A stretch of DNA of 34,489 nt, from contig JALJEE010003270.1 in the NCBI GenBank assembly GCA_023231475.1, positions 1 to 34,489 of the forward strand. The letters are read 5' to 3'. This document shows positions 33,858 through 34,489 of this stretch, piece by piece. The stretch is from Seison nebaliae (taxonomy: Eukaryota). Below the pieces are notes generated by a model. That model did no database searches, was not told the DNA's origin, and saw only the letters and a program-made list of their open reading frames with translations. The first letter of the stretch is position 1. The number at the start of each line of letters is the position of its first letter. A program made the translations under genes and the position numbers.

Positions 33858-33913
33858 GCGTCGTGCGACAAATTAGTCACGGGACAAAAGAGCCTCGGAC
33901 AAAAGAGTCACGC
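33858..33913 (+). repeat. Three imperfect 15-16 bp repeats (GACAAAAGAGTCACG), possible transposon-end remnant
   Basis: gcgtcgtgc-gacaaattagtcacgg-gacaaaagagcctcg-gacaaaagagtcacg forms a GC-richer island in AT-rich intergenic DNA. Confidence 0.6.
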
Positions 33914-34489
33914 AGACTTCTAAAAATAAGATATTTACTATATTATAGATAGTTCATACAATTTTATTTATTTCTTCGAAACATGATGAAAAGTCCATCG
34001 TATCAATAATCACATCAATTCATATATAAGATTGGTTTAAATTACTTAAATTTGATCGACATGATTATAACAATAATGTTATATGCACATGACGAATATT
34101 ATGCACAACCTTTTCAACTCATTTATGTTTATCTTACACTACAAACGGTTAGATTTATTTAAATAAAGGTTAAAATTTCAATTCCTCAAATTAAAACTGC
34201 TTTATTTCTTTTACTATTAAAGTATAATCGCATAATAAATTGCATCAAATGAAGTCTTCTTAAGATAAGTTGCCGTCTTATCATCATAATGTTAACCATT
34301 TAATAAGATGTTTCTTCATGTTATGCTATTTCTAAAAACCGAAATACTATTTCCAAACGCTTCCAAAAGATGAATTATTCTACAAAGAGATATTTCTTGT
34401 TCTTTAAACTGTTAATAGGAATCAGTTTTGTTAAGATATAAAAAATTACACGTTAGACACGTAATATCAGATATATGCTAAAGAGAGGA

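Noticed and set aside
7..33913. The two repeat arrays as paired ends of one giant element spanning the window
   Set aside because: Unit sequences differ beyond GGACA, both arrays appear to belong to elements extending away from the window interior, and the interior holds ordinary housekeeping genes.
1..34489. Species assignment and horizontal gene transfer
   Set aside because: Gene content (LRP2BP, FAM241, Fax, astacin-CUB) indicates an animal, but nothing here fixes the taxon. The intronless SSADH has a mitochondrial presequence-like N-terminus and host-like base composition, so there is no positive evidence for bacterial origin.

Overview
Very AT-rich, gene-dense nuclear DNA from an animal with a compact genome and tiny introns (mostly 41-60 nt); the species cannot be determined from the window. 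Manual splicing recovers several genes that the ORF track fragments or misses. Recognisable genes: SDR16C retinol dehydrogenase, a FAM241-family membrane protein absent from the ORF track, Fax/FAXC-like GST-fold protein, SSADH (ALDH5A1), 8-exon LRP2BP, a divergent presenilin, a BED-finger protein, a 12-exon astacin/EGF/CUB metalloprotease, SEC11 and a ZDHHC9/14/18-type palmitoyltransferase. There are also several orphan ORFs. The strongest unusual signals are: (1) 25 of 26 reconstructed introns start with GTT, not the canonical GTR, suggesting altered 5' splice-site recognition; (2) SEC11 appears nested antisense in intron 1 of the astacin gene; (3) a tandem cluster of two intact and one pseudogenised orphan genes shows a cryptic USP (peptidase C19) deubiquitinase motif pattern; (4) the FAM241 protein ends in a p97-binding SHP-box-like motif. 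Probable transposon-end repeat arrays lie near both ends of the window. All gene models and family calls are by eye, without database searches.
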